A stretch of 64,000 bases of DNA from Candidatus Dormiibacterota bacterium. GTDB lineage: Bacteria; Chloroflexota; Dormibacteria; Aeolococcales; Aeolococcaceae. The translations under genes were made by a program, and so were the position numbers. The stretch covers positions 335,419 through 399,418 of the forward strand of contig CAWKKS010000001.1 of the NCBI GenBank assembly GCA_963850385.1. Reading direction: 5' to 3'. The notes under the pieces were generated by a model, which was not told the DNA's origin, ran no database searches, and was given only the letters and a program-made list of their open reading frames with translations. Positions 56,147 through 64,000 of the stretch are shown one piece after another (within the stretch, counting starts at the first letter, position 1; every line of letters starts with the position of its first letter).

Positions 56147-57118
56147 ATGGTCATCGAGATGAGCACGCCGTGCTCGGCGCCGTTCGACGGCGACGAGTGG
56201 CTGTTCAACGTCGATTGGGAAGGTTCCCGCTGCCTTGTCGCCGCCGATGCTGACGGGGCGATCAGGTTGCAGGGCGAGACGGGGTCGCTGGACGACCGCT
56301 TTCCCGAGATCCGCGCCGCCGCCGGCTTCCTGGCCGGGCGCGGCGCCGTGCTCGACGGGGTGATCTGCGTCCTCGACCAGGAAGGCCGTCCGGACGTGCG
56401 TGCGCTGGCGCGCCGGGCCGTCACCGGCCATGCCTGGCCACCGTCGGTCTACCTGGCCACTGACATCCTCCACCTCGACGGCGAATCGCTCACCCGCAGG
56501 CCCCTGCTGACGCGCCTCGCCGCCCTCGCCGACCTCGTCCCACCGGAGTCGCGCATCCAGCTCCCCGACCACGTCGTCGGGCATGGACGCGCGCTGGCGG
56601 CGGCGTCGGCAGAGCGCGGCCTGGCAGCGGTGCTGGCGCGACGGCAGGATGCCCCGTACCTCGCGGGCATGGCCTCCCCTCTGCGCCTGCGAATCCCGCT
56701 CTCGCCCCGCCGCGATGGGATCGTGGTGGGTTGGAGAACCCCGCGCGCGGGCCTCCAGGTGCTGCTGGGGGACTGGGTGCTGGGGCGCCTCGGCATCTTC
56801 GGCGTGGCCACGCTTCGCGAGCGCGAGGCGCGACGCTGGCTGAGCCAGGTCGCCGAGACCGTGCCGGCGGTGGCGGTCGACGACGCCGACGCGGCCGGGC
56901 CGGGCGTGACCTGGATTCGACCTCGCGTCGTCGCCACTATCGAGCCGGCTGCCCGAGCCGGTGCGCGTGGCCTGCCGTCATGGCACGTCGTGGCGCTCCG
57001 TGACGACGTCGACCCGATGTGGTGCGTGCGGCGGACGCCGGTGGATCCACCACAGGCGGTGGCCAACCAGCCGTTGCGACCCTTCAGCCCCACAGTGCTC
57101 AGCGCGCTGGAGATCTGA
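56147..57118 (+). CDS. ATP-dependent DNA ligase homologue with degenerate catalytic motifs (probable pseudo-enzyme)
   Basis: Collinear with the LigD ligase/OB domains in this same window. However, motif I is NVDWEG (ELKWDG in LigD), motif III is LDGVICV (VDGEIVV), motif IV is AAVLARR (EGMIAKR) and motif V is LRLRIP (WVKVK). Confidence 0.7.
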   Translation: MVIEMSTPCSAPFDGDEWLFNVDWEGSRCLVAADADGAIRLQGETGSLDDRFPEIRAAAGFLAGRGAVLDGVICVLDQEGRPDVRALARRAVTGHAWPPSVYLATDILHLDGESLTRRPLLTRLAALADLVPPESRIQLPDHVVGHGRALAAASAERGLAAVLARRQDAPYLAGMASPLRLRIPLSPRRDGIVVGWRTPRAGLQVLLGDWVLGRLGIFGVATLREREARRWLSQVAETVPAVAVDDADAAGPGVTWIRPRVVATIEPAARAGARGLPSWHVVALRDDVDPMWCVRRTPVDPPQAVANQPLRPFSPTVLSALEI

Positions 57119-57211
57119 CACCTCCGTCGGGGCGACCGATCATGGCTCGCTCTTCTATGCTCCGCGGCTGTTGCAGCGATGGTGGTCAGGGGAGATGCGG
57201 TGCGGATTTCG

Positions 57212-57817
57212 ATGCTGCCGCGTGAGCGGCGCTTCTACCAGCTGTTCGACGAGCACGTGACCTCGATCGTGGCCGCGTCTCAACTGCTGCGTGACGGCCT
57301 GCGTGACCTGCCCTCGCTCGCGGAGAGACAGACCGCGATCAGAGACCTCGAGCATGCCGGCGACGAGGTCACCCACGAGCTGGTGCGCACCCTCAACCGG
57401 ACGTTCGTCACACCCTTCGATCGTGAGGACATCTACGCGCTGGCGTCGGGCCTCGACGACGTCCTCGACTACCTGGAGGAGATCGGCGACACGGTGACCC
57501 TCTACAAGATCGATCGCATCCCGGCCGCCGCCACCGAGATGGTGGAGCTGATCTGCAGTGCCGTGCTCGAGCTGCAGAAGGGCGTCGGCAAGCTGGAGGG
57601 GCTCAGCGGTGTCGAAGAGCATGGTATCGAGGTGCACCGGCTCGAGAACCTCGGCGACACGGCCTCGCGGCGCGGCATCGGCGAGCTCTTCTCAGGGGAC
57701 ACCGACGCGCTCGAGGTCATCAAGCTCAAGGAGTTCCTGACGCTTCTCGAGGACGCGCTCGACCGTTGCGAGGACGTGGCCAACATCCTCGAGGCGATCA
57801 CCATCAAGAATGCCTGA
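57212..57817 (+). CDS. DUF47 / PhoU-like Pit accessory protein
   Basis: FYQLFDEH..., HAGDEVTHEL..FVTPFDREDI and the second repeat LEDALDRCEDVAN. Overlaps the pit start by 8 nt. Confidence 0.8.
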   Translation: MLPRERRFYQLFDEHVTSIVAASQLLRDGLRDLPSLAERQTAIRDLEHAGDEVTHELVRTLNRTFVTPFDREDIYALASGLDDVLDYLEEIGDTVTLYKIDRIPAAATEMVELICSAVLELQKGVGKLEGLSGVEEHGIEVHRLENLGDTASRRGIGELFSGDTDALEVIKLKEFLTLLEDALDRCEDVANILEAITIKNA

Positions 57818-58832
57818 CGGCCAGATCGTCCTCCTGGTCGTCACCGTCGCCGTGGCGTTGGGTTTCGACTTCACCAACGGCTTCCACGACACGGCCAACG
57901 CGGTGGCCACGACCATCAGCACCCGGGCGTTGGGTGCGCGCCCGGCCATCGCGCTGTCCGCGGTGCTCAACCTCCTCGGTGCGGTGGTGGCCATCCAGCT
58001 GCTGCACACCAAGGTCGCCAACACCATCGGCGGCCTGGTGTCGCCCGCGGGCGGGGTGTCGCTGGCCATGATCGTCGCGGCGCTCGCGGCGGCCATCGTG
58101 TGGAACCTGGTGACCTGGCGCGCCGGGCTCCCCTCGAGCTCGTCACACGCCCTCATCGGCGCGCTCATCGGCATGGGGATCGCCGGTTACGGGTTCAGCG
58201 CGCTGAAATGGGGAACCGTGGTGCCGGTGATCATCGGCCTGATCACCTCCCCGATCGCCGGGTTCGTGCTCGGCTACCTCTTCCTCGCCGCCGTGCTCAA
58301 CGTGTTCCGCAACATCCACCCCTCGCGCGCCAACCGGAACTTCCGCGTTGCGCAGGTCTTCAGCGGCGGCTTCGTCTCATTCAGTCACGGCGCCAACGAC
58401 GCCCAGAAGACGATGGCGATCATCACGCTCGCGCTACTCGCCACCCATCATCTTCACCTCGTCGCGGGGAAGTTCCCGGCACCGCCGCTCTGGGTGGTGG
58501 TGATGGCGGCGGCGGCGATCGCGCTGGGCACCTACGCAGGCGGGTGGAGGATCATCCGAACGCTCGGCAGCCGGATCACCCAGCTCGAGCCCGTGGACGG
58601 CTTTGCCGCCCAGACGATGGCCGCCCTGGTGATCCAGGGGGCTACCCAGCTGGCCGTCCCGGTGAGCACCACCCACGTCGTGGGAGGGTCGGTCATGGGC
58701 GCCGGGGGGGCGCGCCGGCTGGCCGCCGTGCGCTGGGGCACGGCCCGCAACATCATCGTGGCCTGGGTGCTGACCATCCCGGCGACGGCGCTGCTCGCCG
58801 CCGCGGGGGCGCTGATCGCGAGGGCTGTCTGA
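57810..58832 (+). CDS. pitA: inorganic phosphate transporter (PiT family)
   Basis: FDFTNGFHDTANAVATTISTRAL, the C-terminal repeat SFSHGANDAQK and VSTTHVVGGSVMG. Confidence 0.9.
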   Translation: MPDGQIVLLVVTVAVALGFDFTNGFHDTANAVATTISTRALGARPAIALSAVLNLLGAVVAIQLLHTKVANTIGGLVSPAGGVSLAMIVAALAAAIVWNLVTWRAGLPSSSSHALIGALIGMGIAGYGFSALKWGTVVPVIIGLITSPIAGFVLGYLFLAAVLNVFRNIHPSRANRNFRVAQVFSGGFVSFSHGANDAQKTMAIITLALLATHHLHLVAGKFPAPPLWVVVMAAAAIALGTYAGGWRIIRTLGSRITQLEPVDGFAAQTMAALVIQGATQLAVPVSTTHVVGGSVMGAGGARRLAAVRWGTARNIIVAWVLTIPATALLAAAGALIARAV

Positions 58833-58939
58833 CCCGACCGTGCTGACGGGTGCCGCTTCTGTGGCATCATCGCTCCGACCCGGCACCAGGAGCTCCCCGC
58901 GACCGCGATCGGCCTGGCCGGATGTGCGAGAAGCGCGTC

Positions 58940-59740
58940 ATGGCCATTCTCATGTGCCGTCCCGAGCACTTCGGCATCGAGTACGAGATCAACCCCTGGA
59001 TGCACGTGGCCGTCGAGGTCGACCATGGCCGCGCCGTCGAGCAGTGGGAAGCGCTGCACGCCGTCTACGAGGAGGTCGGCGAGTCGATCGTGCTCACGGC
59101 CTCCCATGCCGGCCTCCCCGACATGGTCTTCACGGCCAACGCGGCGGTGGTGTGGCGGCGGCGCGCGGTGATCAGCCGGTTCCATCACGCCGAGCGTGCC
59201 GGGGAGGAACGGCATTGGCGGGCCGCGTTGGAGGAGATGGGGTTCGTCGTGCACGAGGTGGCCGCCGACATCTCGTTCGAGGGCGCCGGGGACGCGCTGT
59301 TCGTCGGTGACCACCTGTTCCTGGCGTTCGGCTTCCGCACCGACCAGGCCGCCCACGGCGAGGTGGCCAGGTATCTCGACGTCGAGAGCACCTCACTGGA
59401 GCTCGTCGACCCGCGCTTCTACCACCTCGACACATGCTTCTGCCCCCTCGACGACCACACCGCGCTGATCTTCCCGGAGGCCTTCAGCCCACGCTCGGTG
59501 GAGCTGGTCCGTGAACGGGTGCCGCGACTCATCGAGGTTCCGCGCGAAGCGGCCGAGGGGTTCGCATGCAACGCAATGCCACTGGGCGACCGGGTGGTCA
59601 CCTCCATCGCGGCCGAGGGGATCCGTCCACAGCTCGCCACGGCCGGGTTCAGCCTGGTCACGCTGGCGGTGGACGAGTTCATGAAGTCCGGCGGCGGGGT
59701 GCGCTGCCTCAGTCTGCCCCTCGACCTCGGCGCCGCCTGA
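58940..59740 (+). CDS. amidinotransferase / dimethylarginine dimethylaminohydrolase-family enzyme
   Basis: Guanidino-group-modifying fold: FYHLDTCFCPL and the C-terminal SGGGVRCLSLPL catalytic Cys motif. Confidence 0.75.
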   Translation: MAILMCRPEHFGIEYEINPWMHVAVEVDHGRAVEQWEALHAVYEEVGESIVLTASHAGLPDMVFTANAAVVWRRRAVISRFHHAERAGEERHWRAALEEMGFVVHEVAADISFEGAGDALFVGDHLFLAFGFRTDQAAHGEVARYLDVESTSLELVDPRFYHLDTCFCPLDDHTALIFPEAFSPRSVELVRERVPRLIEVPREAAEGFACNAMPLGDRVVTSIAAEGIRPQLATAGFSLVTLAVDEFMKSGGGVRCLSLPLDLGAA

Positions 59741-59810
59741 TCGGAGTTATCCCCAACTTCTGCACACAAGCCACAGCGTGGCTATCACCAAAGGACCGGG
59801 CGGGCGCCCC

Positions 59811-60605
59811 CTAGTCCCTCCTGATCAGGTCGGTGACCACCTTCTGGTAGCGCCGCGTGTCGTCGTAGAGACCGTGGCGGCCGATCGACGCGTCGCCCTG
59901 GTAGTAGGCGGCCAGCGCGGCGGCGACGTCGCCGTGGTGCACCGCCAGGAGGTGGTGCAGCAGCAGCGTCCCCGCCAGCACGTTCTCCGACGCGACCCGA
60001 AGGTTGAGGGCACGGCCGGCCAGGTATCGCGAGATCCACTCCCCGGTGTACGGCTCGACCTGCATCAGGCCGATGGCACCCGTCGCCGACACCACGTGCT
60101 GGTGCCAGCCGCTCTCCATCCAGGCGACGGCCTTCACCACCCTGGGGTCGACGCCCACCTCATGAGCGACATGGGCGAGCAGGGCGTTGACGCGCGCGAT
60201 GCGACCCGGCATGTGCAGCACCACCCCAACAGCGAGCGGGGCATTGACGTTGAGGCCGTTGGCGCGGGCCAGGGCTGTCAGGTCCAACCCATAGCGGCGC
60301 GCGATGCTGATCAGGGTGTCGCCGTGGACGACGGTGTAGGTCTCGGTATCGGCTGCACCCTTCGTGTAGCCGGGTGTGCCCAGCTTCGAGTTGGGGATCT
60401 GGAGGAGCTGGCCGATGCGGATGAGGTTCGGGTCGGCCAGCTGGTTGGCCTGGGCCAGGGCGCTCACCGTCGTGCCGTGGCGCATCGCGATGGCGCTGAG
60501 CGTGTCTCCCGGGTGGACGACATACGTGCTGGCGATGACCCCGGCCGGGACGGCGGCGGCGGTGGCGCCCATCGCAGCCGCGGCGAGGCGTGTGCGAGTC
60601 GGCAT
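59811..60605 (-). CDS. 2x LysM + SLT-domain lytic transglycosylase
   Basis: Two LysM repeats (YVVHPGDTLSAIA... and YTVVHGDTLISIARRYG...). SLT core is AVAWMESGW...GAIGLMQV...AAYYQG. Confidence 0.85.
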   Translation of the reverse strand: MPTRTRLAAAAMGATAAAVPAGVIASTYVVHPGDTLSAIAMRHGTTVSALAQANQLADPNLIRIGQLLQIPNSKLGTPGYTKGAADTETYTVVHGDTLISIARRYGLDLTALARANGLNVNAPLAVGVVLHMPGRIARVNALLAHVAHEVGVDPRVVKAVAWMESGWHQHVVSATGAIGLMQVEPYTGEWISRYLAGRALNLRVASENVLAGTLLLHHLLAVHHGDVAAALAAYYQGDASIGRHGLYDDTRRYQKVVTDLIRRD

Positions 60606-60673
60606 GGAGATGGTTCCCTGGTGTGATGTGAGCTGGGACGCGGAACCTGGCCCGCTGCTGAGGCGGCGCGCTC

Positions 60674-60702
60674 AGGGTAGGTGCGCCCTGCGGAAAGGTC
60701 AA
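60674..60702 (-). promoter_or_regulatory. sigma70-like promoter for the LysM-SLT gene
   Basis: Minus strand: TTGACC (60702-60697), 17-nt spacer, TACCCT (60679-60674), about 65 nt upstream of the ATG at 60605. Confidence 0.3.
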
Positions 60703-60766
60703 GGCACCCGTGCCGACCTCATGGCGGTGCTGGAGCGGCGGCGGCTTGGGTGCTACGCTGCGGGTC

Positions 60767-61120
60767 ATGCCCCTGCCGACACCGCGCCGCGTCGCAGTGC
60801 CGCTCCCGCTCCTGGGCGCGCTCTGCGGAGCCCTGCTCGGGTTGGTCGCCTTCGCCGCCATCGCCGCGCTGTGGCGGGTCGGCGCCACGCACATCGCCAT
60901 GCTGGCGGCTGAGGCGATCCTGCTCGCCACCCTCACCGGCATGGCCGGCGCGATCGTGAGCGCCCAGCCCGCCCGCATCCGCCGTGCTCGCGTGCCGATC
61001 GGACGGGCCGTCCCCCACGCCTGGTGGCCACAGCACCACGACCCGGTGCCCATCGTCGCAGCGTGCGTGGGCGCGCCCATCGCGGCAGGCGTGGGCGCCG
61101 CGATCTGGCTGTTCCACTGA
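60767..61120 (+). CDS. hypothetical integral membrane protein (117 aa)
   Basis: Three hydrophobic helices and good GC3. TACGCT lies 7 nt upstream of the ATG. No family recognised. Confidence 0.45.
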   Translation: MPLPTPRRVAVPLPLLGALCGALLGLVAFAAIAALWRVGATHIAMLAAEAILLATLTGMAGAIVSAQPARIRRARVPIGRAVPHAWWPQHHDPVPIVAACVGAPIAAGVGAAIWLFH

Positions 61121-61132
61121 CCGGGGGCTGAG

Positions 61133-62224
61133 CTACCCGCCCACCGCGACGACCTTGGCCAGCCCCCAGGCGGCTGCCTCGCGAACCACCGGGTCCGGGT
61201 CGCTCTCGGCAGCCCGCCGCAACGCCGGTGCGGTGGACCGGACCTCGGCGTTGCCGAGGGCGATCGCCGCATTCCGGGCGATGCGCTCGCGCCCGGTGCG
61301 GGCCACCACGGTGCCCGCGAACCGCTGAGCGAACCCGGCTTCGTCCAGCTCGAGAAGCTGCACGAGGTCCGCGGCGGGCACGGCGCCCCGGCCTTCCTCG
61401 CTGTCCTCAGCCGTCATCGGGGCCGGCGCGAGGCGGAGGTTGATCGGGCACGCCTCCTGGCACAGGTCGCATCCGAAGACCCACGTGCCCATCAGCGGGC
61501 GGAGCTCGATCGGGATGGGCCCGCGGTGCTCGATGGTCAGGTAGGAGATGCAACGCCGGGCGTCGATGACCCCGGGGGAGACGATCGCCCCCGTGGGGCA
61601 CGACGGCAGGCACGCGGCACAGCTGCCGCAACCCTTCTTCGTGGGCTCGTCAGCGGGCAGGCTGAGCGACACGGCGATCTCGGCGAGCAGCACGTACGAA
61701 CCGGCCGTCGCCGTCAAAAGCGACGCGTGCTTGCCCGTGAAGCCGATCCCGGCCCGTTCCGCGACCGCGCGGTCCATCGCCCAGCCGTGGTCGACGAAGT
61801 GCTTTGCCCTGACCCCGGGGTGGCGGTCCCGGAGCCACGTCACCAGCTCCGCGCACTCGCCCGCCAGGACGTCGTGGTAGTCGGCGCTGTCACGTTCGCC
61901 GGGGCGTGGCAGCATCGCGTAGGCGGCCATGCGGCCTGTCGGCCGTTCGTGCGGCGGGTGCGCCGGGGCCGGCGCCGGCCGGTACGGCCAGGCCAGGGCG
62001 ATGAGGCTTCGCGCCCACGGGTACCGGCTGCCCAGGTCGGCGCTGGCCTCGACGCGCTGCGCGCTCATCCAGGGCATGCCGTCCATGCGCCCGGCGGCGA
62101 CAGCCTCCAGGCCCCGCTGCCGCGCTTCAGCAAACGGTTCGACACCGGTGACGCCCAGCGCGCACCAGCCTCGAGCCAGGGCGTGGGCCCGAAGCTCGTC
62201 ACGGAGCGCCGCCAGGTCCGCCAC
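61133..62224 (-). CDS. queG: epoxyqueuosine reductase
   Basis: Two 4Fe-4S motifs (CGSCAACLPSCPTGAI and CDLCQEACPIN), ISYLTIEHRGPIP and a C-terminal HEAT-like segment. Confidence 0.85.
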   Translation of the reverse strand: MADLAALRDELRAHALARGWCALGVTGVEPFAEARQRGLEAVAAGRMDGMPWMSAQRVEASADLGSRYPWARSLIALAWPYRPAPAPAHPPHERPTGRMAAYAMLPRPGERDSADYHDVLAGECAELVTWLRDRHPGVRAKHFVDHGWAMDRAVAERAGIGFTGKHASLLTATAGSYVLLAEIAVSLSLPADEPTKKGCGSCAACLPSCPTGAIVSPGVIDARRCISYLTIEHRGPIPIELRPLMGTWVFGCDLCQEACPINLRLAPAPMTAEDSEEGRGAVPAADLVQLLELDEAGFAQRFAGTVVARTGRERIARNAAIALGNAEVRSTAPALRRAAESDPDPVVREAAAWGLAKVVAVGG

Positions 62225-62314
62225 GGGTCGAGTATGGAACGCGGCCGCAGGGCACCGCGCCCGCTACCATCGCGAACCGAGCAGGCGTGCGACACGGCTG
62301 TGCAGGAGGGCGGC

Positions 62315-63823
62315 ATGACCGTGGCGATGCGGGGCGACGGCGGCGCCATGGCCATCGGCGGCGATGCCCTGGTGGTCACCGCCACCAAGGGACGGCTCGG
62401 TGCGCACGCGGCCCGCGCCGACGCTGCGGTTGGCGGCGAGCTGGCGGCGATGCTGTCCTCCGGCGAGCTCACCGGGCGCTTCGGGGAGGTCACCGTGCTC
62501 TCCGCCTCAGCCAGCATCGCGGCGCGCCGCGTGGTCGTGATCGGGCTCGGCGACCCGGCGCTGCTCGACTGCTTCCGCCTGCACAACGCCTACACGCTGC
62601 TCGGTCGCGAGCTGCGCCGCCGGCGACTTGTGCGAGTGGTGCTGGCAACCGAGACCGAGCTGGACTCGCCGGCGGTCCCGGACATCGCAGCGCTGCTCAG
62701 GGCCATGGTCACCGGGACGCTGGTGGCCAACCACGAGCCGGAGGCGAGGAAGGCCGACCCTGAGGTCGCGCCGCTCATCGAGGAGGTGGTCGTCGCCGGT
62801 GTCGATGGCGACGCCGGTGACGGCGTTGATGCGGCGCTGGCGGAGGCCGTGCTCCTCGCCGAGTGCACCCTGCGGGCTCAGCGCTGGGTGTCAGCACCAG
62901 CGAACACCCTCACGCCGACCCGGCTCGGCGACGACGTGGCGGAGCTGTGCGCGGGCACCTCGCTGCGCGTGGAGATCCTCGACAGGGCAGGCCTCGAAGA
63001 GGCCGGGGCAGGGGCACTGCTCGGCATCGCGAGGGGCAGCGAGGAGCCGCCGGCGATGATCGTGGTGCGCCACGACGGTGCTGATCCCGGTGGCCCGGTT
63101 CTCGGCCTGATCGGCAAGGGGGTCACCTTCGACAGCGGGGGCATCTCCATCAAGCCCTCCCTCGGCATGGAGAAGATGAAGGGGGACATGGGCGGCGGCG
63201 CCGCCGTCCTGTCGGCGATGTACGCGATCTCCGCGTTGCGCCTGGCCTGCAACGTCATCGGCGTCGTGCCGGCCACCGAGAACATGCCGGGCGGCCGCGC
63301 CCTCAAGCCTGGTGACGTGGTCACCGCCATCGATGGCACCACCATCGAGGTGGTCAACACCGACGCTGAGGGGCGCGTGGTGCTCGCCGACGGGGTGGGG
63401 ATGGCCCGGCGACTGGGGGCGACGCACCTCGTCGATGTCGCCACCCTCACCGGTGCGGCGGTGATCGCACTTGGACACGTCAACGCCGCGCTGATGAGCA
63501 ACGACGCGCCGCTGGCCGGGCTGGTCCGGCGAGCCGCCGAGCAGGCCGGGGACAGGTTGGCGGAGCTGCCGATGCATCCCGAGTACGACGCGTGCCTGCA
63601 CAGCGACGTTGCGGACGTCCGCAACTGGGGTGGGCGGGAAGCGGGCGCGATCAACGGCGCCGTGTTCATCCGGGCCTTCGTCGGCGACCTGCCCTGGGTC
63701 CATCTCGACATCGCCGGCACCTCGTGGAACAACCAGGCCAACCTGCGCGACATCCCCAGTGGGCCGTCCGGTGCGCCGGTGCGCACCCTGGTGTGGTTGG
63801 CCCGTCTGTTCGCTCGCCGCTGA
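62315..63823 (+). CDS. pepA: leucyl aminopeptidase (M17)
   Basis: ATG after GGAGGG. Motifs GKGVTFDSGGISIKP, MKGDMGGGAAV and NTDAEGRVVLAD. Confidence 0.9.
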   Translation: MTVAMRGDGGAMAIGGDALVVTATKGRLGAHAARADAAVGGELAAMLSSGELTGRFGEVTVLSASASIAARRVVVIGLGDPALLDCFRLHNAYTLLGRELRRRRLVRVVLATETELDSPAVPDIAALLRAMVTGTLVANHEPEARKADPEVAPLIEEVVVAGVDGDAGDGVDAALAEAVLLAECTLRAQRWVSAPANTLTPTRLGDDVAELCAGTSLRVEILDRAGLEEAGAGALLGIARGSEEPPAMIVVRHDGADPGGPVLGLIGKGVTFDSGGISIKPSLGMEKMKGDMGGGAAVLSAMYAISALRLACNVIGVVPATENMPGGRALKPGDVVTAIDGTTIEVVNTDAEGRVVLADGVGMARRLGATHLVDVATLTGAAVIALGHVNAALMSNDAPLAGLVRRAAEQAGDRLAELPMHPEYDACLHSDVADVRNWGGREAGAINGAVFIRAFVGDLPWVHLDIAGTSWNNQANLRDIPSGPSGAPVRTLVWLARLFARR

Positions 63824-63867
63824 CCCGCCGCGGGGGCACCGACGCGGCGCTGGCATACGATGGCCAG

Positions 63868-64000
63868 GTGACGGTGCCCCGCCTGTTGGCGATCATCGGG
63901 TCCGGCGAGACGGCCCCGACCATGACCTCGGTTCACGTCGAGCTGTTCGCGCGCGCAGCCGAGGGCGCGCGCGCCGTCATGCTCGACACGCCCTTCGGCT
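63868..64000 (+). CDS. 5' end of an unidentified CDS running off the right edge
   Basis: The GTG at 63868 lies 6 nt after TACGAT (63856-63861), suggesting a leaderless start. Peptide is VTVPRLLAIIGSGETAPTMTSVHVELFARAAEG... with good GC3. No confident family call. Confidence 0.35.
   Translation, partial: MTVPRLLAIIGSGETAPTMTSVHVELFARAAEGARAVMLDTPFG

Noticed and set aside
1-64000. Search by eye for CRISPR arrays, tRNA/rRNA genes, IS elements, integrases and toxin-antitoxin or known defence-system genes
   Set aside because: I recognised none of these. No regularly spaced direct repeats, no cloverleaf-like conserved tRNA boxes in the intergenic gaps, and no transposase or recombinase motifs in any ORF. 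The HNH gene is a small stand-alone endonuclease with no adjacent methyltransferase or ATPase. tRNAscan-SE, Infernal and DefenseFinder runs would be the proper check.

Overview
This is a gene-dense bacterial chromosomal segment of about 70% GC. I call about 60 protein-coding genes and found no rRNA, tRNA, CRISPR array, transposase or integrase.

Housekeeping content:
- a hutH-hutU-hutG-hutI histidine-utilisation operon
- gcvPA/gcvPB and pyrE
- an unusual gyrB-plsX-gyrA operon
- an EF-G paralogue, two Trk RCK genes, DUF47-PitA, pepA and queG
- two lytic transglycosylases
- an NHEJ island: ligD, an HNH endonuclease, ku and a ligase paralogue that has lost every catalytic lysine

Accessory content worth a second look:
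1. At 21.5-27.1 kb there is a translationally coupled operon of an M23 peptidase, a VirB3-like/VirB4 fusion ATPase and a VirB6-like membrane protein. A VirB2-like small gene is transcribed divergently from it. No relaxase, coupling protein or integrase is visible anywhere in the window. The module sits next to a lower-GC XRE-dinB pair.
2. At the left edge there is a second, paralogous VirB2-like/VirB6-like pair plus an SSB that lacks the acidic tail. It lies behind an AT-rich promoter with operator-like palindromes.
3. At 11.4-14.3 kb there is an orphan TadE/TadE/TadG pseudopilin operon, convergent with an EAL gene.

Sequence-quality caveat: six genes (the thioredoxin-domain gene, hutH, a lipoprotein, a hypothetical gene, the first trkA gene and the gyrB 5' end) are interrupted by single-base frame breaks. 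Four of the six lie at G/C runs. Two share an identical 12-nt context, TGATCATCGAGC. Because gyrB is among them, consensus error is more likely than real pseudogenisation, but this needs read-level checking.

Several genes appear leaderless, with a TAnnnT -10 box 6 nt upstream of the start codon. All family calls come from motif recognition by eye; no database search was run.
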